DNA from: Pseudoalteromonas pernae
GTDB lineage: Bacteria > Pseudomonadota > Gammaproteobacteria > Enterobacterales > Alteromonadaceae
DNA length: 40,000 bases
NCBI RefSeq assembly: GCF_039831865.1
Contig: NZ_JBDODM010000001.1
Span: 87,383-127,382 of the forward strand
Reading direction: 5' to 3'
Shown piece by piece: positions 30,624 to 40,000 of this stretch. Within the stretch, counting starts at the first letter, position 1. Each line of letters begins with the position of its first letter. The translations under genes were made by a program, and so were the position numbers. The notes under the pieces were generated by a model. That model was given only the letters and a program-made list of their open reading frames with translations, was not told where the DNA came from and made no database searches.

Positions 30624-32669
30624 ATGAGTTTGACTAATCACACAACACGTAATGACTTTATCATCGAAGATGTGCGTTTTATGCCGTCTCAATCATTGCT
30701 AGAAAAAGACGGTAAACAGGTCAAACTTACAGCAAAAGCGACTGAGTTATTGTTATTGTTCTTAAGCAGTAAAGACAATTTAGTCGATTTTAATCATGCT
30801 ATCTCTAGTATCTGGAATGATAATGAAGAAGTGGGCAAGAAAGGCTTTACCAATGCAGTCTGGATGCTGCGAAAAGGGTTTAAAGAAGTTGGGCTAGAGC
30901 GTGATATTTTCGAGTCGATCCCCAAAGTTGGCTACCGCTTTATTGCCAAGTACACAGAGCAGCCCAACGCCAAAAGACTCGCTGGTTTTGAACTACGCTT
31001 TGTAGTCGCAGGTGTTTTGTTAATAGGCGTACTGTGCTTATTTTACTTCCTCTTTTTAAATAACCAAACCAATCAGTGGCAAAACACAGCTGTCCACGGA
31101 CTAACTCGAAGTACTAACTACGAAGGGGTAGAGGAGTTTCCCAGTATTTCGAACAGTGGCCAGTATCTGGCATTCTCATGGATTCAAGAAGGTGAGTTCA
31201 GTCAGATTTATATCAAGGATTTACTCAATGCAGACACGCCACTGCGTTTAATTTCAGCGGGCAAAGGAAAAGAAGTCTCACCAGCTTGGTCTCCCAATGA
31301 TAATTACATAGCTTATGCGCGCATTAACGAGCAAGGAGCGTGTGACGTTATTCGTAATGATATTCTTCTCGATCAAGAGGCTACATTGGTTGAAGATTGC
31401 TATTACTTACCCTATCGGCGGGTGATAGAGTGGTCTGATATATCACCGAATAGGCTTATTTATTCAAAACAGCTTCAAGACCGCGTTGCGTTATTTGAAT
31501 ACAATATTGATAGTGAAAAGCAGCACCAAATAACATTTCCTGAAGTGGGCCAAATCGACTTTTCACCGAGAGTGCTGGGCGAAAAGGTTTATTTCGTGAG
31601 AGACACTCATTCTCCACTTGGAAGTATCATCAAAGTCACTAATGGCGACCAAACGTCGAGTCGCATCGGTCGTGATATATCGGGAGTGTTAAGTTTAGAC
31701 GTAGACAAAACCTCACACACTTTGGTCGCAACTCACAATGAAGGGTCTCAGTTCAAAGTAACGGCGCTGGATATGCATGGGGCCACCCGCACACAACTAA
31801 GCGCAGGCAAACTATCTTCTAATCTTGATTACTCTGTGATACATAACAGTGTGTTTGCTGTAGAACACATTTCAAAAGAATACGTAGCTATGCTCGATCT
31901 CAGTTCCGGCAGAGAGCTTGATACTGTGTCATCCAGCTCAAGAGATATTTATGGTGAATACGATGCTGTAACTCAAGCCTTTGTTTTCTTGTCAAACCGT
32001 GATGAGCGTTGGGGTGTTTGGAAAAAAGGTGCTCGCCAGAGTGTTAACATCACCGAAAAATATGGAGAGGCTTCAATACCGCGTATCCATCATGGTACAG
32101 GTAAAATATTGGTCAAGATTAGCGAATCCAAGGATGCTGGGCTGTATGTCTTTGCTAACGATACCCATCATGTGATATCCGACATTGAACCCGAAGTGTA
32201 TGGGTGGTCTTCTGACAGCAACACTATTTACTACAGTGCAACCCATAGCGAGGGTTTAGGTATTCTTAGTTATCATATTCCCAGTGGAAAGTTGGTACCG
32301 ATGACCAATACCGGAGAAGCTTATGCCCAGGATTTAGATGAACACACTGTTGTTATGTCTCGATTCAACGAAAATGGCCTGTGGCTGTTTGATAAGAGAA
32401 ATGGTGAAATGTCGTTATTGACTCGAGAACTGGATAAGTCTGATTTTGGTGCATTTTACGCATCTGCTGGTGATATCTATTTTTTGAAGAGGACTAAAAC
32501 TGAAGATCAAATAGTAAAAATATCAGACTATCTTAGTACCGTGGTTCAGCGCTTCCCTGCAAACTCTATTCGTAAGTTTTATGGCATAGCAAAAGGAGAG
32601 GGGAACACTGCAATTGTCACCTTTAAACTTGCTAATCAAGCAGATATATATCAATACCGAGTCCAATAA
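30624..32669 (+). CDS. ToxR/CadC-like membrane-anchored transcriptional regulator with periplasmic TolB-like beta-propeller
   Basis: N-terminal OmpR/PhoB-type winged helix (KLTAKATELLLLFL...IPKVGYRFIAK). Single TM (FVVAGVLLIGVLCLFYFLFL). Periplasmic repeats with TolB-like signatures (SNSGQYLAFS, SPAWSPNDNYIAYA). Confidence 0.8.
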   Translation: MSLTNHTTRNDFIIEDVRFMPSQSLLEKDGKQVKLTAKATELLLLFLSSKDNLVDFNHAISSIWNDNEEVGKKGFTNAVWMLRKGFKEVGLERDIFESIPKVGYRFIAKYTEQPNAKRLAGFELRFVVAGVLLIGVLCLFYFLFLNNQTNQWQNTAVHGLTRSTNYEGVEEFPSISNSGQYLAFSWIQEGEFSQIYIKDLLNADTPLRLISAGKGKEVSPAWSPNDNYIAYARINEQGACDVIRNDILLDQEATLVEDCYYLPYRRVIEWSDISPNRLIYSKQLQDRVALFEYNIDSEKQHQITFPEVGQIDFSPRVLGEKVYFVRDTHSPLGSIIKVTNGDQTSSRIGRDISGVLSLDVDKTSHTLVATHNEGSQFKVTALDMHGATRTQLSAGKLSSNLDYSVIHNSVFAVEHISKEYVAMLDLSSGRELDTVSSSSRDIYGEYDAVTQAFVFLSNRDERWGVWKKGARQSVNITEKYGEASIPRIHHGTGKILVKISESKDAGLYVFANDTHHVISDIEPEVYGWSSDSNTIYYSATHSEGLGILSYHIPSGKLVPMTNTGEAYAQDLDEHTVVMSRFNENGLWLFDKRNGEMSLLTRELDKSDFGAFYASAGDIYFLKRTKTEDQIVKISDYLSTVVQRFPANSIRKFYGIAKGEGNTAIVTFKLANQADIYQYRVQ

Positions 32670-33251
32670 CGCGCGATTTAGGGCGATGTGATACGTTACT
32701 GTTTGAATGTATTGGACCGGCATCTCTATTCATATAATCCGTTGTCTCTCTTGCACTCTTTTGGGTGGTTGCTTACTCCCCGAGTAAGCTAGAAGTTCCT
32801 CGTCACTTTTAGGCTATCCGAGCAACAAGCATTCCCGCAATCATCTTCCAGATGTCTGCTTGTTGGTACTCGCTCGTTTACTTATGTACTTCATTTCCAC
32901 TTAATACAATAAAAGTCGCTTAACACTACAGAGCCAAAGGTGACCATGCTTTAAGTAAAACACCTTATTCATACAAATAGACGCTCAAATGTTTTGTAAT
33001 TGAAGTGTAATTAATTTCATTGTTTGAGGTGTAGCTCTTAATTTTCTATCTCTTAAGTATCTGAAAATTATGAATTAGATTTATATTAGATAACTTTAAA
33101 TATCGCACAATGTGATCCTTTGTAATTAGAGAAAGATTAGATTTTATATGGATTGCTTTAGATTTGGACAGTCCGTAATAAATGTCCTGTTTGTAATAAA
33201 GTCGTTAACTTTTTTGCAGGCCTCAAACCCTACAAACTATAAACAGGAGGC

Positions 33252-36200
33252 ATGATGATTTTTAAGAAGAAGGCAATTGCACTTTTTGTAAGTTCATTAT
33301 GTATACATGGCGCTTTTGCAGCCACACCGAATTCGAATGATATCAAGCATGTTGAATCGATTAATAACAACCAACAAGAACAACACCAACAGCAATATAC
33401 AATTACTTTAACTGACCAAAACCAAGGCGGTTCACCAACACACCGTGTAATTGAGCAGCAAAACGAACTAATCAATTATATAAGAGTGTTGGACCCTACA
33501 TCACGTTTACAAGCACGAGCTAAAATTTTAGGCAATTTTATTAGTGTCACTGCATCAGTAGATTTAGTTGAAAAATTACAGGGGCATGAGTCAGTTGCGT
33601 CTATAAGCGCCACAGACGTCGAATATACGCCCCTTGTGCAAAAACAACGACTTCATGCACATGTTAGTAATGATGTTGAAACAGAAAATGTTACTCAACT
33701 CACACCTTACAATAATGATGAGAATGCCGGTGAAGGAGCAAGTGTCGCAATCATTTCAACAGGGGTTGATTACACTCTAAAATTGTTTGGTGGGAGTGGC
33801 GAGCTTGGTGATGACGGCGATGACAACACTCCTCCGCCAAGTGGGAGTTACCTAGAAGCATTAGAAAATGGCGCTATAGAATATGACGGCTTTCCTACCG
33901 ATGTAATTCAAGGAGGTTGGGACTTTGCAGGAGAAAATTTCGGTAATGATGCGAACCCCATTGATCAATATTACCAATATGAAAGCTGGAATGGTTGGGT
34001 TTACCCGACTGGTTTAGGCACAAAGCTTGCCAGTATAGTGCATCAACTTGCTCCAGGTGCCGCTATTCATGCGTATAAAGTTTACAACGTTGATGAGAAC
34101 CGCGGTCGTGGGCCGAGTTTAACGCAAATTGTGGAGGCAATAGAGCATGCGCTGGATCCTAACCAAGACGGCGATACAAGCGATCATCTTGACGTTGCGC
34201 TTATAGATGGCGCAGGGGCAGCTGGCTTCTATGCTCCAGATGGAACAGCGTCATTTACTCTTAATCAGCATTTGTTAGACAAAGCTGCGGCGTTAGGCCT
34301 TACAATTGTTACTGATGCTGGTGGCCTTGCTCAGTGGTCTATGTATGAAGAAGCAGAGCAAAAACATAGGTACTGGCTGTCATCCAACGCATCCGTAACT
34401 AGCTCGATTGCGGTAGGGTCAATTCAAAATGAGGATGACGTGTATCGTGTTTCTGACTTTTCACCAAAAGGACCAGTAAGGGGGTCGCAAGCCCTTAAGC
34501 CCGAAATAGTAAGTATGGGTGAAGACCAACCCGTTGCATTAATCACTCAGCCTCTGCATAGTAATCCTGAAGCAACAACCGATACTAAGTTTATCTTAGA
34601 CACTGGTAGCCAGCTGGCAGCGGCACGAATTGCGGCCGCAGCGGCAGTCATTAAAAGCAAGTTCCCATCTGCTGGACCGGCAGAAATTAAGGCAATGCTA
34701 GCAAATACGGCGCACAATTCTGGAATTTTAGAATCTGAAAGTGAGCTTGAAGCAGAGTTGTACTCTGTTGGGCACGGCATCGAAGATGTTTCGTCGGCGA
34801 CGAATACCGCAATTTTCGCGTGGGATGCGCACACTTATCAACCATACCTTCAATTTGGTACACATGAAGTATTGGAAACTAAGCACTTAGTGAAAAATAT
34901 CACTGTACGAAACGTTACTGATGAAGTGCAAACTTACACTGTGTCCTATGACGCCTTTGGAGAGGTTAGTAGACTTGATGGCGTAACTATATCGCATCCG
35001 CAAACGATCAGTGTCCCTGCAAACCAAAGCATTACTTTCGCAGTGGCTGTTGATATTAATGCGGAAATGCTTAACCCATGGCCGTTGAGAAGTGCTGGGG
35101 ACTTCACTGATGAGAACCTAAAGCGTACCGAACTTAATGGTTACATCACGCTAGCTAAAGAAGGTTACCCAGATGTAAAGCTTGGCTGGATGCTACGTGC
35201 GAGAGCAGCATCTAATCTTCTCAAGAAGCCGAATACCGTCGAATACCCTATATATTTAGGCTTCGACCCAGATACGTATCAAACTCAATGGGAGCATTTA
35301 GATTTCGCAAGAGAGCAATTTCCAGACGGTGAATATGGCAGTGCTGGTTATACGGCATATATGACTTCAATTGTTAATGAATCTCGCACGGAATCTACGT
35401 TTAATGCGTACCCTGTAGTCATTCATAAAAACCACATATCCGAAGACAAAAAAGCGCTCAATGGGCATTTTATTCAAACAGTCGGTGCATCTGTTACTGA
35501 TGAACCATTATGTGAAGTGTCGGGTAAAAAGTTTTCATTGGCTGTACGTCTTGATAAACCGGCTAACACGACTCTTGCTAATTATATGGACAAAGTGCAA
35601 GAAAGGTTGTTCTTCTACGACATATTCCACGAATCAGTAGTAGAGGAAAACGGTTGGGATGATGCATTCAATGGAGCGTTTATTTACGACGAAGCAAAGC
35701 TGTTTAATCAGCCCTATGTATCTATTAATGAGCATGGCCAACCACAAACTTACCTTATTGATTACAATAAGGAATACAATTGGAATGAGCCGCGAGGCCG
35801 AATTGTAAAATCAAGTTTACCAACCTTGTTCACAAGCGATGGTCGAAACATTGTGTCGCAATTTTGTTTAGAAGATACATTTCACCATGAGATAGACAGT
35901 GTCGAGGATTTTGACCAAAACCTAGGCATTCATATTGAGACAGATCGTGATAGCGGCAGAGGCCCAGGTGAGCCGATGGCGCAAATTAATCCTGTCAAAG
36001 GCGGGTATGTAAAGTCTGAAACTGTGTGCAATGACTGGGGCTGGTGTTCTGAGCAAGTAACAGACACCCGCACATTAGTTTCGTTTTCAGACGCGAGCAT
36101 TGAGCCAAATGAAGCATCATGGTTGTCTAGCTACACAGCACAGCCCGGAGAAGAGATAAATATTGTCGCTATTAAAAAACCAGAGATGGGTTTTGGCGGA

Positions 36201-37004
36201 TTATCGACAGATTCGTTGGCAAATGACTCCTTACCTAAATTCTTAGTATTGAGCGAGAATGATGACTATGGACAGCTAGGCTATGCTGGCTATCAAGACG
36301 ATGATGGCAGCATTATTGCCGATGTGCGCCAAGGTCAAGTGTTCAGTGTCGCAGAAAATGTAGAGTCGGGCACGGTAATTGGGCAATTAGAATTCGATAC
36401 GTATGGATTCTTTACCTATCCAAATGGCACGAGAGAAACCTTGCAGGTTGACCTAGTAAGTGTTGCTCCTAATTCGCCATTTCACATTAACGATAACTAT
36501 GAATTGGTTGTCGCTAACCCTGAAGCATTTGACTATGAAAACAATACTCATCTCGTAGTTAAAGCGGTGACTCGCCAGAGTAACAACATAGGCAAGACAG
36601 CTGAAGTACTGGTAAATATTATTAACCAAAACGATATTGCACCATCAGTTAACTCTGAGGTTGCGGCAAACCTGCAGTCGATAGATGTTCAGGTGAACAG
36701 TGAAGGTGAGGCCTTAATTGAAATTTCGTTTGATGGCCTGTTTTGGGATAGTGAAGGTGACATGTTGACTTACTCTATTGAGTCGAGTTTACAAGGGCTA
36801 AGCCTTTCTGGGACTGACCTCTCTGGCGCAATCAACCAAGCCGGTACACACGCTATCACCATTACTGCATCTGATGGTGTTAGCCAAGCGAGTCATACGA
36901 TCTCAGTCATTGTCGCTGAAATGCCAAAAGAGAAAAGCAGCGGTGGCTTTGGTCTCTTTATCCTACTAGTTAGTAGTTTCCTTCTTTTTAATCGTCGCAA
37001 ATAG
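33252..37004 (+). CDS. Subtilase (S8)-like pseudoprotease with cadherin-like repeat and GlyGly-CTERM anchor
   Basis: Signal peptide, I9-like propeptide and an S8 fold colinear with the downstream paralog. Reads VAIISTGVDYT (Asp->Ser, nt 33756-33758), GLGTKLAS (His->Leu, nt 34014-34016) and TDAGGLAQ (oxyanion Asn lost). The Ser position is kept (TGSQLAAARIAAAAA, nt 34608-34610). Cadherin-like motifs DYENN and NQNDIAPS. C-terminus SSGGFGLFILLVSSFLLFNRRK. Confidence 0.8.
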   Translation: MMIFKKKAIALFVSSLCIHGAFAATPNSNDIKHVESINNNQQEQHQQQYTITLTDQNQGGSPTHRVIEQQNELINYIRVLDPTSRLQARAKILGNFISVTASVDLVEKLQGHESVASISATDVEYTPLVQKQRLHAHVSNDVETENVTQLTPYNNDENAGEGASVAIISTGVDYTLKLFGGSGELGDDGDDNTPPPSGSYLEALENGAIEYDGFPTDVIQGGWDFAGENFGNDANPIDQYYQYESWNGWVYPTGLGTKLASIVHQLAPGAAIHAYKVYNVDENRGRGPSLTQIVEAIEHALDPNQDGDTSDHLDVALIDGAGAAGFYAPDGTASFTLNQHLLDKAAALGLTIVTDAGGLAQWSMYEEAEQKHRYWLSSNASVTSSIAVGSIQNEDDVYRVSDFSPKGPVRGSQALKPEIVSMGEDQPVALITQPLHSNPEATTDTKFILDTGSQLAAARIAAAAAVIKSKFPSAGPAEIKAMLANTAHNSGILESESELEAELYSVGHGIEDVSSATNTAIFAWDAHTYQPYLQFGTHEVLETKHLVKNITVRNVTDEVQTYTVSYDAFGEVSRLDGVTISHPQTISVPANQSITFAVAVDINAEMLNPWPLRSAGDFTDENLKRTELNGYITLAKEGYPDVKLGWMLRARAASNLLKKPNTVEYPIYLGFDPDTYQTQWEHLDFAREQFPDGEYGSAGYTAYMTSIVNESRTESTFNAYPVVIHKNHISEDKKALNGHFIQTVGASVTDEPLCEVSGKKFSLAVRLDKPANTTLANYMDKVQERLFFYDIFHESVVEENGWDDAFNGAFIYDEAKLFNQPYVSINEHGQPQTYLIDYNKEYNWNEPRGRIVKSSLPTLFTSDGRNIVSQFCLEDTFHHEIDSVEDFDQNLGIHIETDRDSGRGPGEPMAQINPVKGGYVKSETVCNDWGWCSEQVTDTRTLVSFSDASIEPNEASWLSSYTAQPGEEINIVAIKKPEMGFGGLSTDSLANDSLPKFLVLSENDDYGQLGYAGYQDDDGSIIADVRQGQVFSVAENVESGTVIGQLEFDTYGFFTYPNGTRETLQVDLVSVAPNSPFHINDNYELVVANPEAFDYENNTHLVVKAVTRQSNNIGKTAEVLVNIINQNDIAPSVNSEVAANLQSIDVQVNSEGEALIEISFDGLFWDSEGDMLTYSIESSLQGLSLSGTDLSGAINQAGTHAITITASDGVSQASHTISVIVAEMPKEKSSGGFGLFILLVSSFLLFNRRK

Positions 37005-37052
37005 AGGAGTATTAGGGGGCCTAGTCTACTAGGCTCCCTGATTTTATTGCTT

Positions 37053-40000
37053 ATGAAATTAAAAAAACCACTCATACCTTTTGTTTACGTATGTGCGGCT
37101 ACCCATCTAGGAACGCATGCGCTTGTAAATTCAGACGTGCAACTTAACGCTCAAAATTCAAAAGAGCAGTACCTGATTGATAGCAAGTCTTACAAGCAAC
37201 GTAACGATAACCTGTACTTTGTAGTGATGAAAGAACCCTCTCTAGTTAGCTATTTGTCAGAGAGTTCATCGCCTTCTATTTTGTCCGGTGAATACAAAAA
37301 TAATTCAGAATTAAATGTCCATTCACCAAGTGCTCTTGCTTATAAAAATGAATTGGCAAAAAAGCAACGTAGTTTAATCAACACCATGAATAACGCACTG
37401 GCAACAAGTGTTCAGCCGACGCATAACTACCAAACAGCAGTTAATGCCATTGCAGTGCACTTAGATAATGAGCAAGTGTCGTTCCTAAAGCGCTCAGAGC
37501 AGGTCTTGAGTGTCGAAAAAGTAGGTTTGCATCATATTAAAACAGCAACAGGGCCTGAGTTCGTGGGCGCAAGAAGTGTTTGGCAAGGAGATAATGAGCA
37601 TCAAGGCACTATGGGAGAAGGAGTCACTGTAGGTATTATCGACTCAGGTATTAATGCATTACACCCATCGTTTGCTGATGTTGGTGGAGACGGTTATGAC
37701 CACACTAACCCATTAGGAGAAGGAAACTATTTAGGGGATTGTCAGCAATATCCTAAATTTTGTAACGACAAACTGATTGGCATTATCAGCTATCCACAAA
37801 TCATTGATAGCTACCCTGAAATCGTTAACACAGAGCTAGAGGATATCCAGGATAAAGTTCACGTTGGCTATGACTTCAATGGACACGGAACGCATGTTGC
37901 TTCAACTGCCGCTGGTAATGTTGTCAAAAACGTTAACAGGCGTCTAGTAGTTGAAGACACAAGTGGAACAATTTCAAAGCCCAGTGCATATAACTTCGAA
38001 AGTATTAGCGGTGTAGCACCACACGCTAATATCGTGTCTTATCAGGTATGTAACGAAAATGGTAGCTGCTTCCCTGAGCTTGCTATAAAGGCGATTGAAC
38101 ATGCTATTGAAAATAACATTGATGTTTTAAATTACTCTGTAGGGGGCGGCGCAAGAAACCCTTGGGGGACGGCTGACGCACTTGCATTTTTGAATGCACG
38201 CGAGGCAGGTATTCATGTTGCCGTTGCTGCTGGCAATGCGGGGCCAAGCCCAGAAACCGTTGGCTCACCAGGTAATGCCCCATGGGTGACAACCGTTGCA
38301 GCCTATACTCATGACGCCGATTTTACCGATAAAAGTTTAAGCGGGTTTTCTGGTGGGGAATCAGTTCTGTCCAAGATGACTGGAAAAAGCGCCACTGTTG
38401 GCTATTCTGCTTCTGTTGTTATCCCCGAAGATACGCAGTGTCTGGCGCCATTTGAAGCAGGTACATTTGACGGAGAAATTGTCGTATGTGAACGCGGAGA
38501 AATAGCACGTGTGAGCAAAGGCATCAACGTTGAGGCAGGTGGTGCTGGTGGTTTAATTCTGATTAATGTGGACAATGGTGCGGACAACCTTGTTGCGGAT
38601 GCACACGTACTGCCCGCTATTCATTTGTCCGCTGAAGATGGTGCAGAGTTAACTCAGTGGTTGTCATCAGGAAACGAGCACTATGCTACTATTGGCGCAG
38701 CGTCATTAACTCGCAACCCAGAGCTCGGGGATATAGCAGGGGTATTTTCTTCTCGCGGGCCAAATATTCCATATGCTGGTGTACTTACTCCTGATATCGC
38801 AGCACCGGGTGTTGATATTCATGCCGCTTATGCTCAGGACAAACCTTTTTCAGAGAACGCAGAGCAAATTGCCTACGCACCATTGTCGGGTACATCGATG
38901 GCAAGCCCGCATGTTGCAGGGGCGCTGGCGTTAATTAAAGCGACTCACCCAACTTGGACGCCATCACAGGCGCAGTCAGCGATAATGTCGAGTGCACATG
39001 CGCTGACTTACAAAGATGATGACTTTGATGGTACTAAAGAACGTTCAACTCTTTTTGACCACGGAGCAGGTAGCTTACGTGTAAACCAAGCTATTAATGC
39101 CGGCTTATTACTCCACATAGATAAGCAAGATTACTTAAATTCAGACCCAGAATTAGGTGGTACACCCAAAGATTTGAATGGTTCGTCTATTGTCTTGGAA
39201 CACTGTATATCGCAGTGCACGTGGACACGAGAAGTTGAGGCGACAAAAGATGGTACTTGGAGTGCACGCTACGACTACATCACTCCTGGCTTTGATTTAT
39301 CTGTGACTCCCTCCAGTTTTTCACTGCAAAAGGGCCAAAAGCAAACGCTAACTTTTACTACTGCCGCAAATGCAGACCTAGCGAGTGAGTGGACACACGG
39401 TTATGTTGTGTTCAGCGCGAACAATGTTGAAATCAGTGATACGCACTTTCAAGTAGCAACACGATTTAAAGCCGGTGAAATTGCTTCTGAGGTTTCCGCG
39501 ACGCTGAATAATGTCGATAATACGCTTGTTATTGAAGATGTATTTACATCAGGCTCGTCAGATTTGCAGGTAAGAGGGCACGGCCTTGTCAAAGCACGAC
39601 AAGCGACCGGCAGTGCGAGTGGCGCAGATTCGAACTCTGAAAGGAATAGTCCAGCTACAAATTTGCATACTGTCTTTTCACACCCGATCACAGTAAAGCC
39701 TTATACAAAGCGCTTGATAGTTAATGTGGCGAATACAACCGCACCAGATATTGACCTGTACGTCGGTATAGATGAGAACAATGATGGTGTTCCAGACGCT
39801 ACGGAAATGTTCTACTCATTGTTGTGTGTAAGTGGCAACGCTGACTCCAACGAGCAATGTGAACTAGAAAATCCACCAACTGGCAATTATTGGCTCGTGG
39901 CTCACAACTACCAGGGTACAACGCCGGGTTTGGAGGATGAGGTTGTTTTGGAATACGCACAGGTTACTTATTCACCCGAGCCGACCTTATCTATTGCCGC
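37053..40000 (+). CDS. S8 subtilisin-family serine protease with PA domain (3' end beyond window; not in the supplied ORF track)
   Basis: ATG 37053 is open to the window end (982 codons read by hand at sampled points). Signal peptide and I9 propeptide. Intact triad: VGIIDSGI (Asp, 37641-37643), NGHGTHVASTAAG (His, 37884-37886), SGTSMASPHVAGALALI (Ser, 38895-38897). PA-domain insert (GEIVVCERGEIARVSKG). Confidence 0.85.
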   Translation, partial: MKLKKPLIPFVYVCAATHLGTHALVNSDVQLNAQNSKEQYLIDSKSYKQRNDNLYFVVMKEPSLVSYLSESSSPSILSGEYKNNSELNVHSPSALAYKNELAKKQRSLINTMNNALATSVQPTHNYQTAVNAIAVHLDNEQVSFLKRSEQVLSVEKVGLHHIKTATGPEFVGARSVWQGDNEHQGTMGEGVTVGIIDSGINALHPSFADVGGDGYDHTNPLGEGNYLGDCQQYPKFCNDKLIGIISYPQIIDSYPEIVNTELEDIQDKVHVGYDFNGHGTHVASTAAGNVVKNVNRRLVVEDTSGTISKPSAYNFESISGVAPHANIVSYQVCNENGSCFPELAIKAIEHAIENNIDVLNYSVGGGARNPWGTADALAFLNAREAGIHVAVAAGNAGPSPETVGSPGNAPWVTTVAAYTHDADFTDKSLSGFSGGESVLSKMTGKSATVGYSASVVIPEDTQCLAPFEAGTFDGEIVVCERGEIARVSKGINVEAGGAGGLILINVDNGADNLVADAHVLPAIHLSAEDGAELTQWLSSGNEHYATIGAASLTRNPELGDIAGVFSSRGPNIPYAGVLTPDIAAPGVDIHAAYAQDKPFSENAEQIAYAPLSGTSMASPHVAGALALIKATHPTWTPSQAQSAIMSSAHALTYKDDDFDGTKERSTLFDHGAGSLRVNQAINAGLLLHIDKQDYLNSDPELGGTPKDLNGSSIVLEHCISQCTWTREVEATKDGTWSARYDYITPGFDLSVTPSSFSLQKGQKQTLTFTTAANADLASEWTHGYVVFSANNVEISDTHFQVATRFKAGEIASEVSATLNNVDNTLVIEDVFTSGSSDLQVRGHGLVKARQATGSASGADSNSERNSPATNLHTVFSHPITVKPYTKRLIVNVANTTAPDIDLYVGIDENNDGVPDATEMFYSLLCVSGNADSNEQCELENPPTGNYWLVAHNYQGTTPGLEDEVVLEYAQVTYSPEPTLSIA

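Noticed and set aside
33230-33475. 81-aa minus-strand Cys/Trp-rich ORF
   Set aside because: It is antisense to the signal-peptide and low-complexity Q-rich start of the 1250-aa gene. Its composition is an artefact of the opposite strand.
38104-39691. Three minus-strand ORFs of 60-80 aa
   Set aside because: They are embedded antisense in the open S8 protease frame, which has an intact catalytic triad.

Overview
40-kb chromosomal segment that looks like a marine gammaproteobacterium. Gene content, a GlyGly-CTERM protein and the integron suggest Alteromonadales or Vibrionales, perhaps Pseudoalteromonas, but the taxon is inference only. The backbone is housekeeping and metabolic: TetR regulator, glutamate dehydrogenase, secDF paralog, cytochrome b561, NhaD antiporter, PanE-like reductase, lysine riboswitch plus lysC, PPTase, SNF transporter, ldhA, glutathione peroxidase, beta-hydroxyacid dehydrogenase and sbcB. 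Five regions stand out. (1) 18.0-24.4 kb holds a complete chromosomal integron: full-length intI, a perfect LexA box in its promoter, an attI region with a 16-bp tandem repeat, and about 9 co-oriented, AT-richer cassettes separated by recognisable but heterogeneous attC sites. The first ORF-bearing cassette encodes an FRG-domain protein, most others encode tiny membrane or secreted proteins, and one is visibly decaying. (2) 6.8-11.4 kb holds a tightly coupled three-gene operon with MukFEB/MksFEB/Wadjet-JetABC architecture (kleisin-like, small KITE-like, 928-aa SMC-type ATPase) but no JetD/MksG nuclease gene. (3) 2.06-2.63 kb holds a signal-peptide ORF just upstream of secD. Its 3' end can base-pair with the secD Shine-Dalgarno, which suggests a VemP-like secretion-monitoring arrest peptide. 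(4) 30.6-40 kb holds a ToxR/CadC-like membrane regulator with a TolB-like propeller, then a 1250-aa subtilase homolog that has lost catalytic Asp, His and Asn but carries a cadherin-like repeat and a GlyGly-CTERM anchor. It is followed by an intact S8 protease ORF that runs off the window and is absent from the ORF track. (5) A MITE/REP-like element with 15-16-bp terminal inverted repeats occurs twice, in short and long forms. I found no rRNA, tRNA, CRISPR array, IS element or prophage. All functional calls rest on motif recognition by eye; no searches were run.
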